From contig BCKZ01000007.1 in the NCBI GenBank assembly GCA_001600815.1, positions 310,001 to 374,000 of the forward strand: a stretch of DNA of 64,000 nt. The letters are read 5' to 3'. The notes below the pieces were generated by a model, which saw nothing but the letters and a program-made list of their open reading frames with translations, had not been told where the DNA came from and searched no databases. Each line of letters starts with the position of its first letter. Position 1 is the first letter of the stretch. This DNA is from Alloascoidea hylecoeti (taxonomy: Eukaryota). A program made the position numbers and the translations under genes. Positions 45,835 through 58,130 of the stretch are shown here, piece after piece.

Positions 45835-47510
45835 TTTTTCTTTATTTTTGGGAATGCTAACAAACGAGTGTGTAGAGTTGGACTTTCAACAAGAGAACTA
45901 ATATGTTTTTAATGAGAAATAAAAGAGAAATACTGATGCATTTATATAGATATATTTATATATGGCTTACTTCCTTTTCTTTCTTTAATTTTTATGCATA
46001 TGCATGTTTACGAGCAGAAAACACGTCCGAACAAGTAATACAGCTCAGCTGCAGACTACCACGACAGTTGGTTAGTTTGTCCCTTAAAAATTGCATAAGC
46101 GTGAGGCATTAAACTAAATCCCCACCAAGATTTATTTATAATTATACAAGGATTGGCAAATACAAATAATGAGATCTAGCTAAAAGATGATTATGTAATA
46201 AGCATATATGCTCAGATATTGAGATCTCAAAGAAAGGTAAAATATACTACGAGTAATATTAGTTAAGAATATGAAGTTAGTTGTCTATATATCTAGACTC
46301 ATATACTACAGCTTGGGAGTATTGATCATACTAATAACAAAAAATTACCACCTAAAGATGATAGTATCTATCTTAGAATAACGATATATGTAAGTAAGTG
46401 TAACTTTGGATGGATTGTGTTGAATGAGATATACGAAAGATTCACAAACCCAATCAAGTAAAAAATAAACTCAGTTATCTAAACAAAAATATCGGATGTT
46501 GTTGATATAGGAGTTCGCTTCCTTAAAACCTACATTTGTAACCGTTTTAGCAGGTAGTAAAAGAATATTTCTTTTTGCTCTTCCTTCCTCAGGAGGTTTG
46601 GTCCGACAAAATGTTAATAAACTTTATAACCATCTTAAGCTTAGCGCATCTGGAGAATGCAACATAGAGAATCTTAGAATCAAGCCAACCTTCTACATTT
46701 ATTAGCTCATATTTCCACCACACTGATCAAAGATTACCTAAAAGATATTTGAAGTGAAGCTGCGACTTTTAATAGGGGATGGGAACTAACACACATTTAT
46801 CCGGAGGTAATAAAAAGAAAAGTGTCTCAGAAGCTTGGAGCTAGTGAGCTCAATACTCCAAACCGTAGAACCACATTCATACCAAAAGATTTACAATAAT
46901 AATGAACATATATTAGTATAATTATGAGATTAATTTGAGCTTAGTAATGATATTTTTGATAATTTATATCTGTTACTGGTTTCAATTCGTGGTACAAATT
47001 TAACAAATTTGGGCCGCCCGTTTCCTGATGGTTTATAAAAATAAAAAATCAACCCTACATATTCTTTTTTTCCACTCCCAGATTTTCAGTTCTTATAAAA
47101 TTTTACAAATATAATTCTTCTTAATGCAATCTATCATAAATCCAGGTTTAAATAAGGTTGTCTTTGATCTTTCTCGATATCTACTTTTTAAGATAAATGT
47201 ATACTGTACCGAGCTATCTCCATCTTTTTTTTTTCATTTAATTCGATTTTCGTTCACTTTGTAATTTCTAGATATATAAATCCCCTCATCTCAATCTATA
47301 TTATATCCAATTTTAAGAAAACATTGTCCCGAGGAATTTCAAAAAATCCACGTTTTTAGGTACCATTTTTATATATTTACCCGGATGAAAATATGTAAAA
47401 CTTCCGGGGAAATTTTACATGATAGGTAAAATGGAAGGAATCTTTGACTTCCATACCGTATGTCTTATTTAACATGATCAGCCTAAAGTTACCTTTACAT
47501 ATATTAACTC

Positions 47511-47568
47511 ATCAGTTTCCTTCATATCTTTACTATTATCAGTTTCCTTCATATCTTTACTATTATCA
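47511..47568. repeat. Perfect 27-bp tandem duplication in the KRI1 promoter
   Basis: atcagtttccttcatatctttactatt occurs twice, followed by atca. Confidence 0.95.
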
Positions 47569-47733
47569 ATAGGTAGAGAGTTTTGTTATCTTAGTACAAT
47601 TGGATCATCAAGTCATGTGATTAGAAAACATGCATGCAACCGGGTAAATTAATGATTTTTTTTCAATTTTGTTGAAAAATATTATCTTATTAATTTTTAT
47701 TGCAATACAGTTTCTTTTCTTTAAAACATAAAA

Positions 47734-49413
47734 ATGGCAAGAAAAAAGTCTGCCGCTAAGAAGGCTAAGGAGGCTGAGATTTTGGCAAAAATCGAACAGG
47801 AAGCTATACTCGAGACTGCAAATGGTAGTGATAGTGAAATAATATCGAATGAAAAGTTAAAAATTAATAATAATTATCAATCAGACAATTATAAAACCAA
47901 TGAAGATGATTCTGACGATGATATGGATTCCTCTTCAGATTCTGAAATTGAAGACGAGTTTGGTGAACTACTTAACGAAAATGTTGAAGAAGGCATTAAT
48001 AATGTTTTAAATGCAATCAGAAATGATGATAAGTCTTTACTTGACCCAAATGTTAGATTCTTTGAAGATCCAGAAACAGCTACTGAGAACTTGGATGGAA
48101 ATGAAAGACAAAAGCCTGTTTTTTTAAAAGACTACCAGAGAGAAAGTATACTTTCTAGAGCTAACGGTGATTATAATAACGAGCATGGAACCATAGATGG
48201 TAAAAAGTCATTTGCTGCCGAACAAAAAGAGGATCAGGAAAAATTAATAGCTGAAATCAAAGGAGACTACAATAGTGAAGAAGAAGATGAAGATTTTCTA
48301 GTGGAGAAGCAAGAGAAACGACACATCGAGCCATTGGCACTACCAAACCCTGATGATGACCCAGAAAAGTTTTTAAATGAATTTACAAATAAGAAAGCTT
48401 GGATACCTCAAAAATTTGATCCCAATACAGGAACTCCAATCTATGATGAGATCGAAGATGAGGTCGATATAGACGACGACAAAGAGTTTGACAACGAGGC
48501 AGAGCGCTACGAAACAGCTCTTAATCATCGTTTTGAAGACCCTAATTCTGCTCAGATTGTAACATATGCTCGTGGTCAAGCCTCCTTAAGAAGATCAAAC
48601 ACAAATAGTAGGAAAAAGGAACGAGAGAAAAAACGAGAAGAAAAAATTCAGGAGAAAAAGAAGAAAGAGGCAGAAGTAAGTAAATTGAAAAAGCGGAAAG
48701 TTAATAAAGTCATGGAGAATCTGAATGAAATCAAAAAAGCATTGGTTGACGAAGGTATAGATGAAGCAAAAATCATTGAGGTATTTGGAGATGAACTTGT
48801 TAACGAAGATTTCGATATTTCTAATTGGGACGAATATATGGGTAAACTCTATGATGATGACTTTTATAACGGAGAAGATTCAATCAAAAAGCCCACTTGG
48901 GAGGAAGATAAGGCTATAGATAATTTGGGAGATGAAAATGAAGAAGATGGAGAAATTGAAGAAAATAAAGAAGAGGATAAACCAAAGAAATCCAAGAAGG
49001 CCGAAAAAAGAGAGAAAAAGCAAAAACAGCATGAAATAAAAAATAAAGTAGTATCTGTAGTGGAGAAAAATATCGACAAACTTATTGACGAGGTGGAAAA
49101 GAATAATAATGATAACGAAGAGAAGTTTAGATATAGAGAAGTTTCTCCAGAAGCATATGGTCTTACTACAAGGGAAATCTTTGCAGCTGATGACGTGCAG
49201 TTGAATGAATTAATCAATTTAAAGAAGTTAGCGCCATATAGAGATCCGGAGAAGAAGAAGAAGGATAAACGAAAGTTTACTAAGAGGAAGATTGTAAGGG
49301 GATGGAAAAAAGAGGTATTTAATGATGAAGGTGGTTTGGACGAAACCGTCAACCCGTTTGAGTTTGTATCGACAAAAAATACACAACCCAAAAAGAAGCA
49401 TCGAAAACATTAA
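47734..49413 (+). CDS. KRI1: 40S biogenesis factor Kri1
   Basis: NHRFEDPNSAQIVTYAR and FRYREVSPEAYGLTTREIFAADD motifs. Confidence 0.95.
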   Translation: MARKKSAAKKAKEAEILAKIEQEAILETANGSDSEIISNEKLKINNNYQSDNYKTNEDDSDDDMDSSSDSEIEDEFGELLNENVEEGINNVLNAIRNDDKSLLDPNVRFFEDPETATENLDGNERQKPVFLKDYQRESILSRANGDYNNEHGTIDGKKSFAAEQKEDQEKLIAEIKGDYNSEEEDEDFLVEKQEKRHIEPLALPNPDDDPEKFLNEFTNKKAWIPQKFDPNTGTPIYDEIEDEVDIDDDKEFDNEAERYETALNHRFEDPNSAQIVTYARGQASLRRSNTNSRKKEREKKREEKIQEKKKKEAEVSKLKKRKVNKVMENLNEIKKALVDEGIDEAKIIEVFGDELVNEDFDISNWDEYMGKLYDDDFYNGEDSIKKPTWEEDKAIDNLGDENEEDGEIEENKEEDKPKKSKKAEKREKKQKQHEIKNKVVSVVEKNIDKLIDEVEKNNNDNEEKFRYREVSPEAYGLTTREIFAADDVQLNELINLKKLAPYRDPEKKKKDKRKFTKRKIVRGWKKEVFNDEGGLDETVNPFEFVSTKNTQPKKKHRKH

Positions 49414-49889
49414 CCATGATCCTTAATTACTACTTAATGATGATATTTCCTATTAACGCATTCTTATGTTGCATATTGTAAAAGGTAAATTAGTTAATTT
49501 GTAATTATGGAATTTTATAGTGGGTGTCACTGGAAAACTTTTTTCTCGTATGTACGAAATTTTGGTCCCAGAAAATATGTATGCAACTATATATATTACG
49601 ATATAAGGAAAGGTATCGGTATACATATCCATGCACTCATCTAAATAAAGTAAGTTTTAGCATACATTTATTTGTTTACCTATACGATTACTCTCTTAAA
49701 CTACAGGGATATCCAAAAGAATGAATATGATATAGAAAATTTCGATGAGATATTTTCAATTTGTTTTGAAATTTTCCAAGAGATTTACATGTTGCCGAAC
49801 GAAGCAAAGGTGAATTACAACTAATCAATAATAAATTTGAATATTAAAAGTTAAATATACCAACGCATTGAAAGACCTATAAAACATAA

Positions 49890-50290
49890 CACCTAAACTT
49901 TTTATTTCTCTAAAAATATCTAGAATTGTGGTCGAAGTTGAATAAACTCAATACCTGATTCTCTTTTTGTTTTTTCATTGTTGTAATTAGCAAATACTGA
50001 TTCAATCTCCGACCCACTCCTGGGCTTACCAATTCCAATTGTTTTTGAAAGCTGTGGTTCCCCTTCATGAATAACGTCCAACATTGTTTGAGAGGATATA
50101 AGTCCTGAACATGCAAACCATCTATTTCCTGCAGCTGATTCATGTTTTTTTATAGCAAGAATATGGCTTTTAGAAACGTCTCAAACATCAACTATAAGGT
50201 CGTTGAATTCTGTAGAATTTTGGGGTGTTTGGAAAATGGATCTCAATAGTTCATTAGATGTATTCCATTCAGGGTTTTCCCAAGCTGATT
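49890..50290 (-). pseudogene. C-terminal fragment of a Gre2/Ari1-like NADPH aldehyde reductase
   Basis: Manual translation NTSNELL..VDV*DVSKSHILAIKKHESAAGNRW..LDVIHE..IGKPRSG..YNNEKTKRESGIEF; stop at 50183-50181 and a frameshift near 49935. Confidence 0.8.
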
Positions 50291-50340
50291 TGATCAGAAA
50301 CTCGATTGTTGGAGTTAATCGAAAAGAGTGATGACAAATA

Positions 50341-51088
50341 ACTCATTTCAATGATGTTATATTCTTGGATATTAATGATAAATATTTGGTATCTGGTTCA
50401 ATAGTTGGTTCTTGTATAATTTGGGAATTGCCAGATTTTACGCCAATAGATCGTCCCATATTACCAGAATCAGATTATTTCTTTTTCAGAGATGTCGCTT
50501 TATACAATGATTATTGTATGTTGTAATCATAATTATATTGGAGTTTGGAAATCAAGTTTTGATAATTTGGAACAATTAAAGTTTAATTTACATCTCAGTG
50601 TAAAAAGAGACTGGATTGATCGTATTTGCATTCATAATGGTATTATATATGGTAAAGAATCTAGAGCTGTAAGATCCTGGAATATTGAAACTGGTCAAAT
50701 AATCTAAGAATTTCTGTTTGATGCTGTGAATTGCTTTGCAGTGAATGATCAATACTTAATTGTTAGTGACGACCACAAACAAAAGGTTGTGGATTTACAA
50801 ACAAATAAAACAAATATTTTATCAGATCGAGGAGTACACAGTTTACATATAAATAATAATAAACTCATTTCGGTTTATTATCATACGATTAAGATCTGGA
50901 CTTTAAATAATCTAAACTTATTTAAAGAATTTGAAGATTTCGAAATTTATAAAGATTTAGTTTTTTATTCTTCGCAGGTACCAATTGATGCTGATTCGAA
51001 AAGGCTAACCGTTTTGGCTACGAATGGTGGTGTTTTGATTTATGACTTTACTGATAATTTAAGGCAAAAATATTTAAAATATTTGTAA
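50341..51088 (+). pseudogene. WD40-repeat C-terminal half of an F-box/WD40 gene (copy A)
   Basis: DINDKYLVSGS..SCIIW and TIKIW repeats; frameshift near 50512 and stop at 50705; homologous to about 60197-60410. Confidence 0.8.
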
Positions 51089-51602
51089 TCTATTAAAAAT
51101 TTATATTTCGTTTAACTCAACCTCTTCGGTGAGTCCTCAGCATTCAGTATATGTATTGATGATTTACTTATTAAGAGCACAATATTTACAGAACATGTAT
51201 ATCTCAAATAGATACTATTTCCCCATGCTTTAAGTCCAGTTTCTCCAATACATTTCACTAGTGCTTGATATACAAACTACTGTCTTTTTTTTATTTCTTT
51301 CACTTTAATTTACTCATGTTCCCCAAATCTAAAGTGATGTTGTCTAGCGCTAGGAATTTGAATGTTTTAGAAAATTGAAAAACTGATTATATTCACTACA
51401 TAGAAAAATTGGAAAATAAACATTTTTAATTATAGATTTCAATTTTGCACCTGAAATTGATTGTTATATAGTTACAATATGGAATCTGGGATCACATAAA
51501 TGTTGAAGAATTCGGTTTTAAAGTGCCATCTATTACCCGGATTTAGTACTTTAATATGATATTTTTTGCTACTGAAAATTTATCAATTTTTGAGATCATA
51601 AA

Positions 51603-54329
51603 ATGAAATCAGTTCATATCGATCTTTTATTAGCATCTAAACAGTTATCAGATAATAAAAAAGAGTCCTTGGATAGTTCTTGCACAGTCGATCGCACCGA
51701 ACTTTCATTGGCGAATGATATACTATCTGGAAATTTTATTAATGTTTTGAAGAATCCAAAAATTGCAAAATTCCTTGGTTCTGAATTAGATAAATCTTCA
51801 CAAATTATAAATCAATTTTTAACTGATTATAAGATTGGAGAGATACTAAAAAACTTGATTGATTCTCAGGTTGGAAAAGATGAGGATTTGAATTATTTGT
51901 TCTATCTTGGTATAGTTTCTTTAAATTGTTTTATACAAGCAAATTATTTAGGACCAGCTTTAACATTTGATCCCATAGAGATATATTTTCCTAGTATCAA
52001 AGGATTGATTGACCCTAGCAAATTACAAAAGTCTGTTATAAGTGATCTTACAGTCGATGGTGAACCACCTTATCATTTGTCATCATTCCTTTTTTTACTG
52101 AAATATGCATTGGATATATTTTCACATTTGAGCACACATTCAACAGATCCTTTTATCACATCGGTATCAAACTGGTGGCTGAGTAGAACACTAGTTGTTT
52201 ATCAATCAACCCTAGATTCTCTAACTGCCACAATCATTAATCGTCTTGGTGTGACATTTAAAAGTGATACGCTCTTGTCAATTATAAAACAAATTGATGG
52301 TGATAGTGATTTAAAGAACAAGATAGTTCCTTTAAAAACGGTGTTTTATTTGGAATTGACAAGAATTGAACTTGTTGTGCAAAATGAACAAAAAGCAGAA
52401 AAGGTTTTAAGGTTTGCCCAAAATTCATCTCAATTTAAATATATACTCACTGGTATTAAAGCTAAAAGAACAAAATTCCAACAAAAAGAAACATCACAAC
52501 TAATTATTCTAGCGAAAAGTCATGACTATAAATGGGATCCAGAAGAAGTCGATGATACCCCACAAACTCATGCTTTAAATTCAGATTTGTTACTGGAAAA
52601 GGTGCACTATTCTCAAATATCACCAGAAGACTTAGATGTCATCCCAACTCAAATTGAGGAAGAAGAATACAGCTCTGTTAAGATTATTAATATAGCGAGA
52701 AGTAGTGATGAAATAGATGAAGAGTTAAAAGATGTAGATCCAAACGACCAACCTCCACTTAAAGATATTGATACATTACAATTATTATTATTACTATATT
52801 ATATAAAACAAACTAGTCCACTTGGTGATGCATTAGTTGATGAAGAGTTGATGGCTTTAACAAGAAGAATAATCCTATCGCCAACAGGATCAGTTAATTG
52901 GAGTGTTTTTTCAAGAGCTTTATGGGAAAGGAGTATATTAGAATCAACATCACCAAAGACCGTTGAAAGGGGAACATTACAGATGCAAAGTTTAGTTGAA
53001 GAATTAACAATTTCAATTAAAACTAGAATTATTCCTTCGGTAGGTAAAAATGAAGACGAAGCAGCTTCTGGTCCAGCTTCGGCAAGAATTCGTCATTTCC
53101 ATCAAATTATGCCATTACCTGTCTGGACTATGGAGGCCAAACTAGCTAGTCGATTTATGCAACTTGGTTTGATTAAGTCTGCTATGGACTTATATCTGAG
53201 ACTACAACTGTGGGGAGATGCTGCACTATGTTATGCTGCTGTTGGAAAAGAACATGATGCAATTGAGTTATTAGAAAATCACCTTAACACCAATCCAACA
53301 GATGCTAGAGCTCTATCAATTCTTGGAGATATTACTGGTAATCCATCATATTGGGAACAATCTTGGGAGTGCGGTAGATATCCGGGTGCTAAAAGGTCGT
53401 TAGGAAAGTTCTACTATAGTCCACCCAAAAACAGTGGATACGAAAAAGATTTAAAACTTACAATTAAACATTTACATGATGCTCTAAGTGTGAATCCTTT
53501 GAATTATTCTACTTGGTTTGTTTATGGTTGTGCTGGTTTAGAGCTCCAACAATTTGAATTGGCCGCTGAAGCTTTCACAAGATGTGTATCTATTGATGAC
53601 GCCGATCCTAAGGGATGGACAAACTTGGCAAATTCATTGTTAAGTCTTGGAAAAACAAGAGAATCATTTAATGCATTACAGAAGGCAGTTAGAGTTGGTG
53701 ATAAACAAAGTTGGAGAATATGGACAAATTATATGACAGTTGCGGCCCAATTAAGAGAGTGGAATGAAACATTGGTTGCAGCAAGACATATTGTTGAAAT
53801 TCGAGAAAAATCAGAGGGAGAAAGGGCTATTGAACCCCAAGTATTGGAGAATTTAGTTAAAATCTTATTAGATTCTGAATATCCAATAGAATCAAAAGAT
53901 GATGAAGATGTTGAGAGGAAACTCAATTATTATCAAAAATCATGCATTGATCTTATTTGCAATAAGGTAGCTTCGTTAATAACTTCATCTTCTCGATTAT
54001 GGAGATTAGTAGCGAAAGTAGAATTATGGAGACAAAGACCATGGACGTCACTTGAGTGTTTTGAAAAAGGTTACAGAATTTGTATCAATCAGCCATTATT
54101 AGAAACAGATGAGACTATTTGGAATGAAGCTGTAGATATGTGTAGCGATTTGGTTGATGCTTATGAAAATTTTGGTGATAGAGAAGGTAGATATCCAGGA
54201 AGTAAAGTTTGCAAAGATTGGAAATTTAAACAGAGAACTACTCTAAGATCTCTTATTGGGAGAGGAAAGAGATCTTGGGAGGATAGTGAAGGATGGAATA
54301 AACTGATAGAAATGAAGGGAAACTTGTGA
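51603..54329 (+). CDS. EMW1: TPR protein Emw1 (TTC27)
   Basis: LTGIKAKRTKFQQ, NWSVFSRALWERS and WRIWTNY motifs plus TPR repeats. Confidence 0.93.
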   Translation: MKSVHIDLLLASKQLSDNKKESLDSSCTVDRTELSLANDILSGNFINVLKNPKIAKFLGSELDKSSQIINQFLTDYKIGEILKNLIDSQVGKDEDLNYLFYLGIVSLNCFIQANYLGPALTFDPIEIYFPSIKGLIDPSKLQKSVISDLTVDGEPPYHLSSFLFLLKYALDIFSHLSTHSTDPFITSVSNWWLSRTLVVYQSTLDSLTATIINRLGVTFKSDTLLSIIKQIDGDSDLKNKIVPLKTVFYLELTRIELVVQNEQKAEKVLRFAQNSSQFKYILTGIKAKRTKFQQKETSQLIILAKSHDYKWDPEEVDDTPQTHALNSDLLLEKVHYSQISPEDLDVIPTQIEEEEYSSVKIINIARSSDEIDEELKDVDPNDQPPLKDIDTLQLLLLLYYIKQTSPLGDALVDEELMALTRRIILSPTGSVNWSVFSRALWERSILESTSPKTVERGTLQMQSLVEELTISIKTRIIPSVGKNEDEAASGPASARIRHFHQIMPLPVWTMEAKLASRFMQLGLIKSAMDLYLRLQLWGDAALCYAAVGKEHDAIELLENHLNTNPTDARALSILGDITGNPSYWEQSWECGRYPGAKRSLGKFYYSPPKNSGYEKDLKLTIKHLHDALSVNPLNYSTWFVYGCAGLELQQFELAAEAFTRCVSIDDADPKGWTNLANSLLSLGKTRESFNALQKAVRVGDKQSWRIWTNYMTVAAQLREWNETLVAARHIVEIREKSEGERAIEPQVLENLVKILLDSEYPIESKDDEDVERKLNYYQKSCIDLICNKVASLITSSSRLWRLVAKVELWRQRPWTSLECFEKGYRICINQPLLETDETIWNEAVDMCSDLVDAYENFGDREGRYPGSKVCKDWKFKQRTTLRSLIGRGKRSWEDSEGWNKLIEMKGNL

Positions 54330-54569
54330 TTTTTATAAAAAGATAATTAGACTTAGGCATGTTTGAACACATTCATAACGAGTCATTTTCAAATTCATTG
54401 GATAGCCCAGGTGGCGGGAATTTCACAGCCCACCCAAAAATGAAAGTTTGTGAACAGGAAGTATGAATGGTGTGTGAATATATTTTTCACACAAATACAC
54501 AAAGAGTTATAATATAAGTATACTTATAACTAGATTTATAAAAGATACATAGGTCAGTGTAGATTATCA

Positions 54570-55795
54570 TTATAACTGTGGTGTATTATTCCTCCTCTCA
54601 TGTAAATTTTCCCCTATTCATTGAAATCATAAAATCTTCGAGATTTCTTGTGTCATGTACTGGACTAGCCATTATAAGATATCAAAACTCTGGAGCCTCT
54701 CGACAAGTAATGCCGGCACCACTCATCACACAAAACACACCAAAGCTGAAAATCCAAACAGTGATAATAGTAATAATATTGGTTGGACCTCCACAAAAGA
54801 ATTCAGACTCTGTAATTAACGAAGCTGCAATAGAAACAATAAAAACTGCTAAACATAATTGCCATGAGGGGTGAGAAGACTAAAATGGACCATTAGCTCT
54901 AGTAATGAAAATCAACCAATTTTGGGACAGAGCAATTTGAAGAAAAATAATCCCATCAATTGTTCCATAATTCCTTACAATCCCATCAACCCTATGAACA
55001 ATAATTTTTGACGATGTGATCCATGAACCAAGACCCAATAAAGCACCAAAAAAAATAGATACTCCCCAAAGACTGGGTAAGTTCCACTTAATAGGTGTTT
55101 GTGGACAAGGTGCGTTATCATAGGCAATAACTAGAGCGGTAATATCAGTAAATATAGCAATAAATACGACAAGCTTTGGGTGGTTCACTGTTTCATTTAA
55201 TAAAACAATGCTTAAAGGAAAGAATATCGAAAAATGTATCGATAAAAGCTATTCTGTAAAGAATATATGGGTACATTCTGTGGAATATCTGATTGTGGAT
55301 AAACCAGGTGCTGTAATACAATATCAGCAGCGGAACGAGCAACATCTGTAACGCTTTCAACAGCAATACCGGTATCAGTATTTTTCAATGATGGAGTATC
55401 ATTAACCCCATATCCAGTCATTTCTACCAATTTATTTATTTTTTAAAGCATTTGAGCAACATTAAATTTGTGTTCAGAAAATACTTCGGCAAACCCACCA
55501 GCAGTTTCAACAGCATTATAAACTTCAGAACATGACATAACCCCATGACTTCCTCTAAGACCTAATCTCTCGTAGTTATAAATCTTGGTATCCATACCTA
55601 ATTGACGAGGTTTCTTTGGCAATATCTATATACTGCATCACCAGTTAACATCTTTATAGACAATCCAAGATGCTTTGCTTCTCTGATAGTTTTGGCCGTA
55701 TCATGACGAAGAGGATTTATACAGGGCATAATACCTAAGATTTTCCGTTCAAAAGGGTGAAATTCTAGAATTTTGTTTGTGAATAAAGCAGTTTT
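54570..55795 (-). pseudogene. Plasma-membrane H+-ATPase (PMA1-like) pseudogene, 3' portion
   Basis: [50 protein letters not shown] and NWLIFITRANGPF motifs; frameshifts and internal deletions. Confidence 0.92.
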
Positions 55796-58130
55796 AGTAA
55801 TAAATGTTTGCCAAAGACTTGATCCACGAGCTAGACCATACAAATTTCTTGTAAGTTTATAAATTGGTCTCTTATCTGAAGAAATGTTTATATTCAATTC
55901 TTGTCCAAATCTTTATGACATTGAGGACCATAAACATATACTGGTGAATCGATTGAGGCATTGATATAAGCCGCGGTAAAGTCCATAGTAGTGAATTTGT
56001 AATCATATTGAATTCCATAATTAATTAATGTAAACAGGCTATCATTTGTTAGAGTAAATGATTCATAGATTTTGGTTGTGTCCTCTAAATCTCCTCTAAC
56101 GACATACCTAGCCTTTAATTTTTCTTTTCTTTCATTAAGAATCTAATTAGTAGGGAGAATTTTTGTATCAGTTAATGGTTCAGTAATAGGTTCAAAAACA
56201 TGACATTTTTATCTCTCATATGTTTCCATTCTTGGATCATTGCAGTTTCATATTTCTTATAATCATTAACAGTAATATAATCAATATTTTGTTTGAGATC
56301 TTGTTTGTCTTTTACTATAAACTGGATAGTCTGCATTCATACTAATCGCCAAATTCTTAATCTTTTTAAATGTCTTTGACTTTTCATCATTTGTTGATAA
56401 ATCTCTTTCATTTTCTAGTTCTTTAGTATTTGTCAATTTATCGACTCCTTCTAGAGAAACAGTAATATTTCGATTTTTAATATTATTTGTATCTTTCTCT
56501 GTATTGTCATATTCCAAATTATCATTATGTTTAAAAACTGTATAATGTTTCATGTGTATAACTCTTCCACTGTTTGTTAATATTAAACCGGTCCAACCAT
56601 TGTTACCAATGTAGTAACCTTCATTACCTCTTGGTTCTAATTTACTTTGTGGATAAACTCTGTAAATAACTTTTGAACCAAATCTGTGGATATGACTGGT
56701 TGAAGTTTCCGTATTGATAAAATTATAACTACCTTGTTTAATATTTTTCGTGTGGTTATAAAAATGGAGCATAGTCCCATAATGTTTTCTTGTTGAAGTT
56801 TGTTATCTCAATGTTTGTATCTAATAATAATGTTCTTACTAAATCTAGCAAAGAGTAATTTTCTCTTTCTATTGTTCCATTAACAGCTGAATCATTAATA
56901 GAATTTAACACTTGTCTGACACCATGAGAACGAAGTTCTTCTTTGAGTGCTGACGAAATAAATTCACTTCCATCGTCAGAAACGACTTGTTGTATTTTTT
57001 TGTTTGTATGATTGAGAATATAATTTTATAAGGTATTGAAACATTTAGCAATTGTAGTACCTGTTTTATTGGGTATGCAAAATGGTACCGTGAGTTTTGT
57101 TTTTCTATCCTTAAAAACAAGAACAAATCTTTTACCTTCGATAGACTTTGGTAATGGACCAAAAATATCAGCATAAAACTCCAGATCGTTTTCATGTTTT
57201 CCATTCTTTTCAATAGTTGTTTTCTTTTTGGATTTTTCTTTTAAACAATTCTCACAAACATTACTCATTTCCTCTTTAAGTTGCTTCTTTTCAAACGGTG
57301 TTAGAACACACTGTTTAATAGTTGATGTTTATTGATGTGGGCATATTTCTCATGAAGAAAATAAATTTTCTTCAATTCTAATTGTAGCTATTGGCTTGAT
57401 GATTTCAACGTTCAAGCACAAATGATGATTCGTTCTGGTAATTTTTGCAACATTTTTATTATTGTGTGAAATTAAATTATAATTGGCATATTCCCTTATA
57501 AAATAATTGTTTTCATATAAGTATCTTGTAGAAATTGGAATACCAGGAATTATGGCAAAGTTTAATGATAATGTTGAATTATCGTTGAATTTAACGACCA
57601 AAGTACCTTTTCTAATATTTTAAATGGTTCACCAATAGGGATTGCAATTTGAGGTATATCATCTATATCTATATTAGTACTGACATTGTGTAATAAATTA
57701 CAAAGAGTGGAGTTGATGAGGTTGAAACCAGCACCTGTGTCTAAAATTAGATCACGATTGGGTTGAAATGTAGCAACTTTATTAAAACACCAACCAGGAA
57801 GGACAGATGATTCAGATTCATTTTTATTTGTGTTTAGATCATTTGTATTATTTTTATTGTTTCGTTTTCTCTCTGGACATTCGAAAAAATAATGTCCTTT
57901 GTTATAGGTCGAACAACGAATATCATTGGTACAATCATCAGTTGAATGTTCAGTTGAGCTGCATCTAAAGCAACGTTTGGGTTTGTGTTTAAAGTTACGT
58001 TTGTGTTTTGGCTTATTATACTTGTTCAATGAATTCTTATTCTTTTGTTGTTCATTTTGTTGTCCAGTAGGAGGGAGACGTTCTTCTATAAATAAAATCT
58101 TTACTATGCCACAAAATAAATCCAAGGACA
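55795..58130 (-). mobile_element. Degenerate Ty1/copia retrotransposon internal region; no LTRs seen
   Basis: In copia order: Gag knuckle CFRCSSTEHSTDDC, protease LILDTGA, integrase H..AH/CENC and ADIFGP, RT LKARYVVRGD, DFTAAYINA and LYGL. Confidence 0.9.

Noticed and set aside
48864..49391. 175-aa antisense ORF, and other short ORFs nested in long genes
   Set aside because: Shadow frames of biased coding sequence such as the K/E-rich KRI1.
54470..54535. Hairpins followed by CTAG as a Helitron 3' end
   Set aside because: The palindrome is AT-only, spacing to CTAG is wrong, and the next base is not T.
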